Assembly (NCBI GenBank): GCA_017499595.2
Contig: CM039000.1
Span: 2,356,001 to 2,420,000 of the forward strand
DNA length: 64,000 bases
Direction of reading: 5' to 3'
Source: Psilocybe cubensis
Lineage: Eukaryota
The notes under the pieces: model-generated
The model's database searches: none
Seen by the model: the letters and a program-made list of their open reading frames with translations, nothing else
What the model was told of the DNA's origin: nothing
Shown: piece by piece, positions 39,133-53,116 of the stretch
Numbering within the stretch: the stretch's first letter is position 1
Layout of the letters: every line of letters begins with the position of its first letter
Program-made: the position numbers and the translations under genes

Positions 39133-42100
39133 CTAGTTCGTTGAAGTCTTGCGCCTCAAGGAGGGGAGGAGTGGCCCTTTATGGATGCGGAAAAGATAAG
39201 TGAGAATGTAGATAAGGAAAATCTATGAAAAAGCAACAGAGTTAGCACAATGAATAAAAATGCAAATATTTTAAAAAAAACAAACATTGAAAACGCTGAA
39301 AGCCATGAAGATACCAAAGTTTCGCCAATGGTTATCGTAAAAGATGTTGAAAGCGGCGCCAAGGAATTGGTCTGTAGTTCGCATGCTGCAAAATTCACAA
39401 GCGGAGGTAGCCTGGGGATTTGCCACATATCCACCCGCCATGGAGATGTAGGCAGTTAAGAATGCTTCGCAGGTTTGACCGTCGGGTGGGTTGACTTTCA
39501 CAAACTCAACTGGGGAACAATTGATCTCTTGGTGACCAAGGGCTGCGAAGGAGACGGTGGAGAATTAAAAAACGACATTATTCGACGTTTCGAGACAGCA
39601 GCAACAAACCTTGACCCAAGAGACCCTCGATAAGGTAGGTGTATGGGGATAAACGGTACATCCATTTCCACCATCCAAGTTGGCTAAAAGGTTGAACAAC
39701 GCCATTACTAGTGAGGGAATGTATGAGTGATACCAACATGTCAGGACAATAACCATGACTTACAAAGTAATGACAAATGAGAACAGGAAAGAGAACAGAA
39801 GCGCAGCGATCTCCGCACTCGGCGCCATGGCACCGACGGCCTGGGTTAAACAGCGATTCCGTCAACGACGCGATACCATAGATAACCCAAAGAAAATTGA
39901 CGTACCTGTCCAAATGTGGTGAAGTAAAGCGGGAAGGCAATGACCAACATCAAAAACGTGTATCCCGCTCTCGAAGTCTCGAATCCAACAGTCCAGTACC
40001 AACAGAAAAAAAGAATGATAGAACCGAAGACGTTCCAAGGAACCTCGATCATTATCTGCGACGTGATGAGCGCGGTCCAGCTGTACATCCTACTGGGACG
40101 TTCACGGATCTCGTAGATTGTACGTGTGTTGATAAAGGGGACCTGAAGCTGATTTGCCAATGGAACACTGGATAACGATATATAAGTTACAGCAGACCAT
40201 GAATAGAATGTAGAATCGAACCTCAAAATTGTAGCCATGAAGATCGACTATTGTCATAAAAAAACGTCAAGATCGTCCGGTGAAATGATGATATGGGGGA
40301 AAAGGTTATAATAACTCACGAAAAGCTTATTCTGAGTACCCTGTTGACTGTCCTTGGCCTGGAAGAATGTAAAGCCAATGAACAGTCCTCCAATAGCATT
40401 TAGCACCAGCTTCGCCATGAGATAGTCTGGATCCCTCCAGAAAGAGCTCGCATTACGCTTAAACAGTTCCTTCACTTGATAGCCCCATGGCGTCGCAAAT
40501 TCATTGTGAATCTCTGTTGTCACTGCTGGACGGTTCCTGCCCTCAGTATGGATCGCATCGATCTCTTCCTGCAGCTTTACAGCTTCTTGCGATTTTTTCC
40601 AAATTTCATACCAATCCAAATCGCTCGTCGCTGTTGCGCCTGCACCGATGACATCGAGCATGTATTCAGCAGGATTTTCGTGAGGAAGACACTTCCTCCC
40701 GCCGTTTTTTTCGAAATACTCAATCAACGTAGTCGCATTGTGTCCGATGTTGCCGAAGTAGACTGTCTTGCCTCCCTTCTTCAGAAGAAGCATCCGATCG
40801 AAAACCTGGAATAACTCCGCCGAAGGTTGGTGAATACTATGCACAGTGATAAAATCAGAATGATTAGCACTCATGATATCACAATCGTGGAAGAATAATG
40901 AAGAAAACATACGTGCAAAGAATTGCCTGTCCATTATCTGCAAGGGTCCTCAAGAAATCCATGATTGCCCATGCACTCTGGGAGTCAAGCCCAGAGGTCG
41001 GTTCGTCCAAGAACAGCAGGAGCTTAGGTTTCGCAGCCAGCTCGACGCCAATCGTCGTGCGCTTGCGATGTTCAATACTAAGCGAGCCCACCGTGGCTTC
41101 TGCATATTCCTCGAGACCACACATAGTGAGACATTTTTCAACGCTACAGATCGGAGGAAGATATCAGCAATGAGTCAACAGTTGAAAAAGTGTTGAATAG
41201 CACTCACTAAGCCTCCTTTTCAGCGAGAGGGACAGAAGTTGGTTGACGAAGTTTGGCCGAGAATAAAAGTGCTTCACGGACGGTCTGCAAGGGCATATGT
41301 GTATCCATTTGTTGGCAATAAGCCCTAAAAATCCATGTCAGCCCAAAGCCCCAAGATCCATTCCTCTCCCATAAAAATAAAGGGGAAAAGGATACGTACG
41401 ATTGTGACTGGAAATCCGCGGGCAAACTTTGACCATTCACAAACCGATCGCCCGTAACTACACCTGTATCCGTGCGCATAGCTAATACATTCAACAATGT
41501 CGTTTTTCCGGCCCCTGACTCGCCCATGAGCGCAGTTAACTTGCCAGGCGCTACATATCCCGACACATTCGAAAGCAACAGACGATCCTCTTTACCCGGA
41601 ATTGGAACAGTGTAGTTGATGTTTCTCCAGGAAAATACGTCTGAGTGCCTGATGACCCCGTCACTTTTCTCCTCAGCAGTAACAGCAGCAGGAGTATGTG
41701 AGGCTTCAAAAGACTTGGGAGAGATTGGTGTATTAGGCGGCTTCTCATCCAGCACGTCCATCATCTCCTCATCCTGCACATTTTCGGCCCTTGTGGACTT
41801 CTTGATGATTGCCCCTCTCCGGTACAGTACCGTTGCGCGCACAGCCGCCGATTTTGTATTCACCTCCGTAAACAATAGGTAGGCACCTACAAACCCGACC
41901 AAAAAAGCGATAACAATTCCAAAGTTCATCCACAGGTTCGAGTGTTTAAAGCCATATGATAGAAGCACGAAGTTGTTGCCATCTACAGTCGCTTCACCAG
42001 GGACAGCACCAACGGTGGCGCAGACTTGGTTCGCGAGTGTGATATTTTCGTAACCTGGTCCATGTGGGACGAGAACGGAGCAGGTTCCATTTAGTGTTGA

Positions 42101-44781
42101 GAATTCGTTAGTCATAATCGCTTCAAAACCGTATTTCAGAGGCTAGACGTATAGTCTTTATTAGTCTTTATATGTGAGATGCGGGAGGTGAGAAGTATAG
42201 GCGCACATTAATGTAAGTGATCCACCTCAGAGCACCAATCATTGTTGGTTTAGGAATAGTGTATCCAGTATAGATGGAAAGGGCTAGAACTGAGATACCG
42301 GCAAAACTCTGTGCAGCCGCTTCTGATGGGAAAGCAGCTGCGATACCGCGGAACCATCCTTTCATTGCGATAGTCATCGTGAACAGGAAGAGTAAAAAGA
42401 TGAAGAATTGGCTCTAGAACGGTGTCAGTAACAACCCCCAAAAGTATGAACGTCACAACACGCACAGCAGTTCTCTGTAAACCAACCATAAAATACAAGA
42501 TGATTGAAAACACGACTGAAGTAACCAACGAAATCGGTACGTCCACTAGTGTTAGCGCAAGAGCCTCTACAAACGGATGATATAGGGCCGCCTTTTGATG
42601 TCTTAGCACAATTGGCCTTTGCGAATACAGCGCCGGTATCTCGGCCATCGTTGCCAGTGCTGAGAACAGGAGCGCAAAGAACAGCACACCTCCTCGAGAG
42701 AAGTACGCTGAGGTTGCTTCGGCAGAGTTAAGGTACACTGAGCCGATGATAATACCCTGGAAGACGAAGGAAAACAGGTTAAGACCCGTTGCCAGTGGAT
42801 TGCCGAGAATGATTTGCCAGCGTCGTTTCATGACAATCGCGACTTGCTGTGGGATGCTCAGCAGGTATGGGCTGACAAGAAAGAACGATGGCATCAGTAC
42901 ATATTAACCACTTCAAGGATGTAAAATCATGCCTACTTGGACTTAGGACTTCTCTTTGCAAACTCGGCGTACGCGCTTTGCATATACGCCTCCTTCTTCT
43001 CCTGCTTACCTACCTGCTCGTCCAAATACGCCTGTATCTCTCCCTTGTTCGTTTTGCCGCGGCTCGACTGGAGGAAATATTCAGCGAACTCGGCAGCCGT
43101 GCGCGGAAGCGGGCGTGGTGGGGTGTAGTCGCGACGCGGAATGCGAGCATTGGGGTCCGTCACGGCGACGAGAAAATCTGGAGTTGTTTGACGATTTGCG
43201 GGTTCATAACTAAATTGGAAATATGAGATCTTCGAAGAAAAATGAAAGGGGCGAAAGGAGAGCGCACCCCATCTCCAAGAAATACGCCTTGGCCTCGCTC
43301 GCAGCTCCGTAGTAAATCATGCGTCCTTCGTAGATTACGCATACCTTGTCAAAATACTCGTATAATGACTCGCCGGCTTGATAGATTGATACGATTGTCG
43401 TCGAGTCGAAGGTGTCTGTTGCGATACGCAACGCGCGCACAAATTCGAGCGCAGTGCTCGCATCGAGACCTCTTGTCGAACTAGAACATGGATCAGTGAT
43501 CAGGAAATCACATGAAAAGGACTTTAGCAGCAGGGGTTGATTAGGTGATAATGATGACGATGCCGGCTGCAGTAATGTCAGGGACAATGATATCAGTACT
43601 CACTTATCCCAAGCACCAATACAACCCCTAGACGCCAACGCCTCCGAGATCGACACCCGCTTCTTCTCCCCACCACTTACGCCTCTGATTGCCGCGTCCC
43701 CCACCGGCGTCGTCAATGTATGCCTGAGTCCAAAAATGGTTGCAAGCATATTGGTCACGAAGTCTGCAAACTCCTTGCGCGTCGTGGACCCAACCCGGCT
43801 GCGTGGTGTGCGGCTCTTCGCCGCAAATTCAATTGTCTGTTGCACAGAGAGTGTAGGAAAGTGAACATCATCTTCAGGGCAGTATTGTACATCGCCGCGG
43901 AAGTGGTTTGCAAGTTCAGTCGGGGTAATGGAATCGTAGTGACGCTCGCCAGACACGGCATAATATTCGTCCGTTTGGTTAGCGAGAGTTTTTAGGAGGG
44001 TTGAACAACCTGATCCTGGCGAACCAAGGACAACTAGATTGTATAACATCTAAATTAGAAAAACAACAGTATAATTAAAAGAACACGAATATATAAGACT
44101 TACGCAACATCTCGCCGGGTTTAACAACACCCTCGAATCCGGTGAGGATGTTACGCAATGTCGGGTGCCTTGCTTTCTGGATTTGCTCGAGGATGACGAC
44201 CGGATTGAAAAGCGATCCCAAGGTGGGTTGGAAGGAGTCCGAAGCGGCTTTGCCTACAACTTTAAGGTCGCGAAAAACAACACCCAAAGTACGAGGTTTG
44301 ATGTCCGCTTCTTCACGCCTATCGTCACCCAAATCAATACGAAGACAAAGGAAAAAAAGAAAGGCAGAGCGCACTTCCTGATGACGCGCTTTAACGTCTT
44401 CTCGAAATCAAACGGTTGGTCACCAGCGCCAATATTAAGCGTCGCCTCGGAGCTATCAGTTGACGCTCTCGACCCTGGCTTCCCTGATGGCTGATTGACA
44501 TTTTCGTGCGTCATCGTATGGCGGAGCTCCTGGACACCAGAAGGATCGAAGAACTCGAGATCGACATGGGAGACAGAAGAGTTTCCCCTTGGTCGCATCT
44601 TGGGTTTAGCCACCACGGGTGGGCATGCATGATGCTGGTCACCATGGGTAGGTGCATTTGCGGGATTAGGGACTGAATCAAGTGCGTAAAGGGTCGGTTG
44701 GGAAGCGCTGCGTGAAAGAGTTCCAGAAGCTGTCTCCTCCTTAATATCGCTGAGCGGGGGAGGCGCTGGCGAATCGGCCAT
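39133..44781 (-). CDS. Full-size PDR (ABCG) ABC transporter, SNQ2-like
   Basis: NBD1 '[14 protein letters not shown]', '[11 protein letters not shown]', 'WDNSTRGLD'; NBD2 '[13 protein letters not shown]', '[33 protein letters not shown]'; two TMDs; NBD-TMD-NBD-TMD order. Confidence 0.95.
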
Positions 44782-46429
44782 GGTCGAACTTCAATTCAAA
44801 TGTTGAAGAACGAAATTAGGAAAATTAAAGAAAAGAGAAAAAGGGACAGGAACAAGTTGGATTTTCTCTGTGCGTCGAGCGCTACGCCGTCTCTTTTGTA
44901 TGGTTTCCATCTGAATCCGTTTGATATAATACATATTAATCGGATGAAAATGAAAATTTGACGAACTGATTCGGCAAAGGAAGATTTGCAGGTAATTGGT
45001 CAACGGGGCCCGATTCAAGGTAATTTCCTCTGACTACATCTTGGCACAGATATGCCGATTCCGCTGCAACACCTCCAGTTATTCATGTGTCCCATCCCTC
45101 ACGGGACTGCTGGAATCTGCTTCAAATTAGGAGATGATCAGAAAGACAGCCTAATAAACCATAGTTTAGTTGAGTAAAAAGTGTCAACCAAGTGAAAATG
45201 CAGCAGGGGTAAGAGGCTCAGGATTGATAAGGTCGATGTTGGGTTCGATTGCCAAGTCCAAACCCAAACACGATTGCGTAATACTTCCGCATATCCTTGC
45301 CGCTCTTGCCAAAACAGTCTTTTGACCTCCAGCGGCTCCGTCATCCCGCCTGCATTATTCTCCTGGCCTTCCACTATTGTTGTCATACAATTTTGACTGC
45401 GATCAAGTTTGTCAACATTCTGATTCCTATTTACAATGCTTTGTCTTACCTAAGTAGTCGTATGGTTCAAGATAATCGACAACTGATTCCGTCTGTGGTT
45501 ATAGTGCCCACGTCGAGGAGTCTGAGAAGAATTTTGGCGATTCTAGGTTTGATGGCCTCTAACTTACAGTACTGCTACTGGCGACACACAAGGATGAATG
45601 CGTGGTGCCGGGGTGGGTCCAGGTGCTTGGTCCATCAGGCGCCTTAGATAGGTCATCATAGAATGAATTGCGGAGAGACAACCAAAAACAATACATACAT
45701 TGGCCAAAGTCAGAATGTCGACTCCAGTATTTAGTGAGTATATGAGCGTCTTTTCGTTTATTCTGTCCTTGAAGGCCAGCATTAGAACACAAAAAGGTAA
45801 CATACGCTGTGAATATCAAGTTAAGCGCCGGTTTTGCTTGCATTATAGGGAGCAAAAAGCAATGATTTCAAAAGGAAAACACTTCTTGGTTCATGATACT
45901 GGTATTGCTGAAATAGACCATCACCAATTTGTGTGAATGTTAAAATCCTAGTTTTTTGAATATCCACCCATGTTCTCTACTTACTCTAAAACTCGTATAT
46001 GAATATCAGAAATATCAGGAGCCAGCGGCGTTAGCAAAGCACCTATGAGTTGTAAGTGCATATCGACCCCAAATTATAAACCAAAAACAAATATGAAAAG
46101 AAAACAAGTGTGCACTCACAACATGCGCATTGTTGGCGGCATCACCTTCATTCAACAGACGCCTGACTCCTGAGAGCGTCGAAGAGCACTTTCGGGTGTC
46201 ATGCTTAGACATTACATTTCCAACGGTTATCTTCCATAGTCCTAGCACATTTCGGATTTGAAGATATTGAATGTAGGTGGCGAGTGTGTTATGGTCTACA
46301 CCGTCAATTGTTGGTGTGAAGAAACAAAGCTATAATATTCAGAAACAAGGTGAGGGGAAGAGGCAAAGTCAGATTAAACAAGGAATTAAATTTACTGTTT
46401 ATGATCAAAGTTCCCACATTACTACTAAC

Positions 46430-47952
46430 ATGTCCTCTTCCACTCCGTCGTTCTTGGGACGCTGTCTGCACATCACACAGTCTTTACTCTGCAACCCAAC
46501 GTACTTTTGGTATCTTGGTGCCCTCGTTGTTACCGGCGATGCTCTACTTACCGGGCTTATCATCCGTTATGTTCCATGTCAAGTTTTCCATATCTTGGTC
46601 AGGGCTACAAAACTAACTTGCCTGGCGCGTTCTTTTAGACACGGAGATCGACTGGGAAACATATATGATACAAACAAAGGTTTTTTTGCAAGGCCAGCAC
46701 AATTACTCCCTTATAACAGGGCCGACAGGTCCCCTTGTGTACGTACACGTTCTAATTCATCTTTCGTGTTGACAATGACTGTTTTATGGTATCCAGTTAC
46801 CCCGCTGGTCATGTCCGTATTCATCACTTCCTGTATGATATTACAGACGCAGGAAGAAATATACAACTTGCGCAGATCATCTACGGCATCCTGTACATGG
46901 CAACCCTTGTGTTGTCGTGTGCAATCTACCGTTCTGCGGGCAACATCCCAAACTGGGTTATTTTGCTGCTTCCCATGAGCAAACGGCTGCATTCCATCTT
47001 TGTCCTACGGTTGTTTAATGACTGCTGGTCTGTTATGGCAGTTCAAGCATCGATACTTTGCTTCCAAAATGGATTTTTCGACACAGGGATTCTGCTCTTC
47101 AGGTTTGTCACATCATAATATTAGTTAATAGACTAATTCGTAATGCATCCCTTTTAGCGCAGCGTTGTCCATGAAAATGTCGATCTTGCTATATCTTCCA
47201 GGCTTGTTAGTTGTGCTTTTCAAGCGAAAAGGGTGCCTGTCCACCTTTAGATATCTGGGTACTCTCGTTGGTACACAGGCATTATTCGCGGTCCCATTCT
47301 TGCTGGAAGATCCGGCAGCATATATTCACTCGGCCTTCGAATTCAGTCGAATTTTTATGTATAAGTGGACCGTTAATTGGCGATTTCTTGACGAGACAAC
47401 GTTCCTCAGCTCGCAACTAGCCATAGCACTGCTCATTGGACATATATCAACACTGACTGCATTTGGTCTATTCAAATGGTGCAAGACTGACGGAGGGGTG
47501 ATCACCGTTCTGTCCCGTGGGCTACGACAGCCATCGTCTCCTGCCGGCCTTGCGCCAGTAACTAGTGATTGTAGGTTTTCTGTTGGCGATATGCGATATG
47601 TTTAATGCTAAAGTCTGGGTCTCAGATATCGCCACTGTTCTCTTCACATCTAATTTAATAGGCATTGTGTTTGCTCGTTCACTGCACTATCAATTCTACT
47701 CTTGGTACGCACAACAGATACCGTTTCTCATGTGGAGAACTCGCATTCCTGTGCCTCTAAAGTGAGCATTAAACTTAAATACCTGGCAATTTTTATCAAT
47801 CTTGCATACGAAGGCTGGCCATGGTATTAGGCATTGAATACGCATGGAACACTTTCCCGTCGACTTCTTTTTCATCAGGCACTCTTGTCATATGCAATGT
47901 GCTGCTGCTTTTGGGTGTTTGGTCTGGGTATCCGTCGGGCCGTCAGATGTAA
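46430..47952 (+). CDS. ALG3: Dol-P-Man:Man5GlcNAc2-PP-Dol alpha-1,3-mannosyltransferase
   Basis: '[11 protein letters not shown]', '[13 protein letters not shown]', '[17 protein letters not shown]', '[11 protein letters not shown]', '[12 protein letters not shown]'. Confidence 0.95.
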
Positions 47953-48030
47953 ACAGAGAGAATAAGATCACCTCGATAGAAATTTCCTAATTGTATACAT
48001 CATGGTTATTTGAAACATGAAGTGCTGTTA

Positions 48031-49657
48031 TTATGAAATATCCATATGGCCTCTTCCAAAAAAGCTACTGACTGAGGGTATAGAATTTGCGATGGCCTCT
48101 AAGGTTTCCCTATCGACGTCATGACCGCCTTGCGAAATAGAAAGATCTTTTAGCTTCCAGTCCATGTATCTCCGTTGTTGGAGTTCATGAAAGAAATTTT
48201 GCTACAAGAAAAACAAACCATTGTCATTTAGCATAAAAGACAGAACATGCGAAAGAAACTACACACCCCAATTCCGGCATTCTCGTTGTTATTAAATGCC
48301 TCTCCGACTGCAAGCCAAAGGTTGGTTATGCTAGGAACATAAACCGATAGCAAGTCAAGAAGTGGGACATTCAATCTCAACACGTTCATTCTCAGATGGG
48401 TCAAGTTTCTGCATCGTGAGGCGGCCTCAAGCACAAGAGTTGCCTCGGGTAGATGAAAATATCGATCTCGAATCGTCAAATGTGCCAACGTGCCAGACGA
48501 TCGTATGATAGATGTAAGCAGGACATCCGTGCCGACTAATGTATTCGTAGGATATATATCCAAGTAACGGAGATTGGCAAAACATCTTGGGTCTTCGGTG
48601 CAGAGAGAAAGCCAGCGGCCCAGAGACTCTTCCGAAGTATGATTGAAAGGCAGTCCGGAAGAATTTAAACGAAGGTCAACCCTTTCGAGGGTCTTTGCGC
48701 CTTCGCAAAGGAGGTGCTTCAGACCAGATGGGTCTGATACCTTATTAAACGCCATGCGGATGTTAAGATGGTTCAGTAAAGGCGGGACAGATAATCGTTG
48801 GAAGAAGAAAGATAGATCCAAGTTTGCCCAGGACCAAACTTGAAGCATATGGAGAGAAGCTTTTAGTTCATTGATAAAAGGCACAACTATGTCCACGAGA
48901 ATTGCAGTGTCCTTTTCTCGATCGACACGGAAAACATTGTTAGTGAACTCGATTCGAAGTGTCTGTATTCGTTTAAACCGTGGATTCGACTCGATGAACA
49001 CTCGGAATCCTTCCATATTACCCCCGAGCGATAAACACTGGAGGTTTTCTCCAAATGACGTCCAGAAAGAGGAAAATAGCGTCTCGAGGTTGCCGTATGA
49101 CGGAGGGAGATCCCATGAATCAATTGTAAGCTCGCGGACGTTCACAAAGTATGGCGTCGCGGCCACAATTGCGTTGACGACGTCGCTAAACGTTGGCCTG
49201 GAAGATTGAGGGTCGAGCCTCTCTACAGCAGCGATGTTTATCTCATTAGACACACGATGCTTGATTTTGAACACACGGTTGATGATGAGATAGAAATGTT
49301 GTTTTAGTTGCTTAAAGTCTTTGCCCCTGTCTCGATTGCTGTTGCCCCTCGTGTGCTTTGCTTTGACATGAGTCAAACGCAATCGGAAGTGATGCAGTCT
49401 CCCTGCGACATATGGATCACTGTAGCGTCCAATGGATTAGGTAGAGCAATTATTAGCGGCGGACTCATGGCTCACGACAGTCGTTTGAGAATATGCATAG
49501 CTTCGATTGTGCTCCTGGTTTCAATCGCGACCTCTCTCCATCGAAGGTTCATCGCTAAATCAAAAAACACATTATTGACTCCCAAGAGATGACATAGCTC
49601 TTCGTCGGGCACGAATAAGGCGATGCGGTACCAAATCTCAGGCGGTATGTCGACCAT
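48031..49657 (-). CDS. F-box protein with LRR-like repeats
   Basis: N-terminal F-box 'DIPPEIWYRIALFVPDEELCHLLGVNNVFFDLAMNLRW', then LxxLxL repeats (LQCLSL, IQTLRI, LRYLDI, LAHLTI, LTHLRM). Confidence 0.8.
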
Positions 49658-50357
49658 AGTGTTGGTATTTTGTCACAGGAAGTCGGGGCCCAGATGAAAC
49701 GATTCTCAAGAGAAAGAAGGCCTCAAGTGGGAGGGGGAAGACGTGGAGCGTCCTTGGTGAGATCCGAGTCGAATAATGTCATAACTTAACGGAATGGCTC
49801 ACGACAAGAGGTGGCACTGCATAAGTGATTGATGTCAAAAAGCTGCGACGCGACTCCTATAAATGGCAGTACATATACACCTCTTATGCAACACACTTTA
49901 CGTTTGATAAATTGCAAAGGCACAGACATATACATTGGTGTAGATACATATTTCCCCCACATTTCGTAAATAGTCGTGAATACAAACATACATATGGTAC
50001 ACAAGAGCATTGTTTCTGCCTTCTAATGAGCGTACAAAAAGACTGAAAAGGTCGTCAAAAAATGGAATAACAGAACTTGCAATATCATGTAACACAAAAA
50101 CGGCATTTGATGATATTTTCAAAGCTGTTGTGGACTGAGATTTGTCCAGTTTATTTTGTGTGGATGCCAAAACAGTTGAACTCGATGCAGGGTCGGCGAC
50201 GTTAGTGAGCATTGCTCTCGCATTCGGAGTAAACATCTTCAAGATTATTCATGGTGCGAGAGAATGGCTACATCGGTGCGTTGAGGTGCCAGCGTGAGAT
50301 ATGCCGGAAGTTTAAACAATCGCATCCAAATGGCAGATGATTCAGGCACCTGGACCT

Positions 50358-52088
50358 TCAACGATCAATAACCTCCAGAACAGACTCCAAAACGACCTTG
50401 GGCTGCAACAACACCCTCGATTCTAGCATTGAACCATCTTTTCCGTTCAATAGCATTCCATTATTGCCACCATGACCCTCTGTGTTGTCACATAAGTCCG
50501 GTAGTTCGAGTCCAGGAGCAACTCGCGTCACACATTTTAATCCAAGTTCCATTGTGACCAAAATAAGACCATGACTCTCGCCGTATTCACCGAAAGCATC
50601 GACCATTTCTCTGTCGTCAAAGGTGCCCGAAGGATCGGCGATGGTCACTTCAAAAGAGGTTGACATGATCTCCTCCCGAGTGATGCTGGCGAGACGTAAA
50701 ACTGCACGAGATATCCGTCGAATTTGGTCGAGGTATAACACACGGAGATGCGCAGATGTAGTTTGAGAAACGATTGACACAGGTGGAGATATAGATATTG
50801 GTGGAGATGATGAAGGACTTTGTATCGTTGGTGAAGACGGCGAAAAAGAGTGACCATTAGCGATGAAAAAAATATCTGCACACCAGCGCAAAATGGTATC
50901 ACTTAGTTCGTTGACGCTGTAATCGGTGAGTGTAGGGTATATTGAATGAATATGTTGGTGCGTTAGCGCTCGCCATTTAGCAGATGTTGGTTGTGGTTCC
51001 GTTAAATGCATGTGGGTATAGATTTGAGATAAGACGGCATCCGATTTTGAAGGAAAGCCAATGCAAAACGAGTTGAGAGCCCTGGCTATGCAAAGAGACA
51101 GACAACCTTGAAGAGCAAGCTGGACGAGCAACGGATCTTGTGAATGCTCTCTACTTGATATGATGCTGGTGATGTTGGGTCCAATCCGAGCGCTGGTATC
51201 CTGGATAGCTTGTGCTAATTTAGGAGTCTGTGGCGAAGGTGAAGATAAGAATTTGCATGTCTCTGTGGCCGATGCAGCAAATTGCAAAATTTCAGAGTTG
51301 ATGTCAAGCACAGCTTGAAGGACCTGGGCACCGTCCCAATTATCGATACGGGACATATAAGTCTCAGCACTCCTTAGTCGGGCACGTTCCTCCTCGGCAT
51401 TGCCACTGACGCCATTGATTTTCCCGTTTTTGCCATTACTGATACCAGTGCTTGCACTACTTAAACTAATGGAAGTAGAAGTGGAGGTCGATGCGGAGGC
51501 TGAGGACGTGCGCGACGGCGATGGGGTGCGCCGAATCTCCTCCTGGTGGAGATGCATGCGGTTGCCGTGCATATGCCGGGCAAGCTCAGCAGACGACATC
51601 CGCGTGTCCAGAGAGCTGCTGTTCCGCGGATATGCAAGCGAGAGATTAGAATTGCTTGCCTGGGCGTGGTGGGCACTGTACTGAGGACCGACATCACTGC
51701 GCCTGCGCTCCCCCATGGCCCTCTCCCTATCGCGCTCCCTGCGCACCTTCTCAAGCTCTGCCTCCCTGGATCGGAGCAGCTCTCTCGTTTCCTTCAGAGT
51801 GCGTTCGAGCATCTTGCAGCGCTCCTCGAGCCTAATTGTGTCTGCATGTGCCTTGGCGAGATCATGCTTGGTGACATCGAGTTCACGGCGCATAGAGGTA
51901 GGAGAGAGGTGGGCAAGGGTGCTGGTGGGGGACTGACAAGCTGCATCCAACCGTGCCTTCAAGGATGAGGCGGCTGAGGCTGAGGGCTCCCTGGAAATAG
52001 ATAACTGGCGTTGTGGGGACGGAGGAGGCGAAAGATAGTTATAGGTAGAATTGAAGAAATTGTAGATCTGACTCGGCAGCAGGGACAT
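50358..52088 (-). CDS. Uncharacterised coiled-coil protein (single coding exon)
   Basis: 577-codon ORF with a heptad region 'ELDVTKHDLAKAHADTIRLEERCKMLERTLKETRELLRSREAELEKVR', a Ser-rich linker and a globular C-terminal half ending 'VLLQPKVVLESV'. Confidence 0.8.
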   Translation of the reverse strand: MSLLPSQIYNFFNSTYNYLSPPPSPQRQLSISREPSASAASSLKARLDAACQSPTSTLAHLSPTSMRRELDVTKHDLAKAHADTIRLEERCKMLERTLKETRELLRSREAELEKVRRERDRERAMGERRRSDVGPQYSAHHAQASNSNLSLAYPRNSSSLDTRMSSAELARHMHGNRMHLHQEEIRRTPSPSRTSSASASTSTSTSISLSSASTGISNGKNGKINGVSGNAEEERARLRSAETYMSRIDNWDGAQVLQAVLDINSEILQFAASATETCKFLSSPSPQTPKLAQAIQDTSARIGPNITSIISSREHSQDPLLVQLALQGCLSLCIARALNSFCIGFPSKSDAVLSQIYTHMHLTEPQPTSAKWRALTHQHIHSIYPTLTDYSVNELSDTILRWCADIFFIANGHSFSPSSPTIQSPSSSPPISISPPVSIVSQTTSAHLRVLYLDQIRRISRAVLRLASITREEIMSTSFEVTIADPSGTFDDREMVDAFGEYGESHGLILVTMELGLKCVTRVAPGLELPDLCDNTEGHGGNNGMLLNGKDGSMLESRVLLQPKVVLESVLEVIDR

Positions 52089-52148
52089 GGAAACAGACAA
52101 CTACAAACCAATAAATCAAATCGCCGTTAATCCCACACCAACAACCTC

Positions 52149-53070
52149 ATGCCCAAGAACAACACAAACACACCCCGCTTTCCGGTTCTCGCCCCGAAGC
52201 ACGACCTCCAATGCACCCCTGTTCTCCAGGACCAGATCATCGTCATAGAGGCATGTAGTCCACTGCTCAGACCAGCCAACTGCTGAATGCACCGTAGCAT
52301 TTCTTCTCGCCTGCCGAGTGCAAGGCATTTGTCAAATTCATTGATGGTCTTCCCCTCGAACTCACACCACCCAAGAAGCGAGGAGAGGCAGAGCGTGTAA
52401 ATCGTGAGCAGCACCCCACGAGTACATGCTTTGTCTGACAGACATCACAGACCGTTTTGCCATAACTTCCTCAGACTTTGCAGCCAAATTGCACGAGCTA
52501 CTTTTGCCCCATCTTCCCTCTTTTCCATATCCATCGTCGGTCAAAAAGCCACCCCCACTAAATGGCCCTCGCCTGCCCCAATTTTGTAACTCAAATATCC
52601 GGTTGTACAAGTATTCCCCCTCGCAGTATTTTGGGTGGGTGATCCTGCCTTGTGTGCTCTTTTATGCTTACGCATTGCGCCTCGTGTAGGCCACATTACG
52701 ACGATTCGGTTCGAGACCCTATGACCGGGGCAAAGTCAGAGTGGACACTGCTTATTTATCTCACAGGAGAAGAAGATGGTGTAGAAGGAGGCGAGGTGAG
52801 GACACATGATTTCTGGTCAATTTCCGAATATCAAGGTCTCTTTCAGACGTTATTCTACCACGAGCAAAGAGGCAAGCCTCGCGAGGTTATCAGCCCACCT
52901 TTGAAGCGAGGCACTGCCCTTTTGCATCGGTAAGTTCATCGCCGCAAAAGAATATCATCTCCTTAAATCTGGGAACTAGTCATGGTCAAGAATGCATGCT
53001 TCACGAAGGATCGCTCGTTCGAAGTGGCATAAAGTACGTCCTGAGATCCGACTTGATGTTCACCAAATAG
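52149..53070 (+). CDS. 2OG-Fe(II) oxygenase (prolyl-4-hydroxylase-like)
   Basis: 'NSNIRLYKYSPSQYFGPHYDDS' (HxD), 'WTLLIYLTG..DGVEGGET', 'MLHEGSLVRSGIKYVLRSD' (distal His and 2OG-binding Arg). First intron is GC-AG (52251-52297). Confidence 0.88.
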
Positions 53071-53116
53071 TGCGCGACAGACGACAGACAACGAACAACG
53101 TGTGAACTTATATTGC

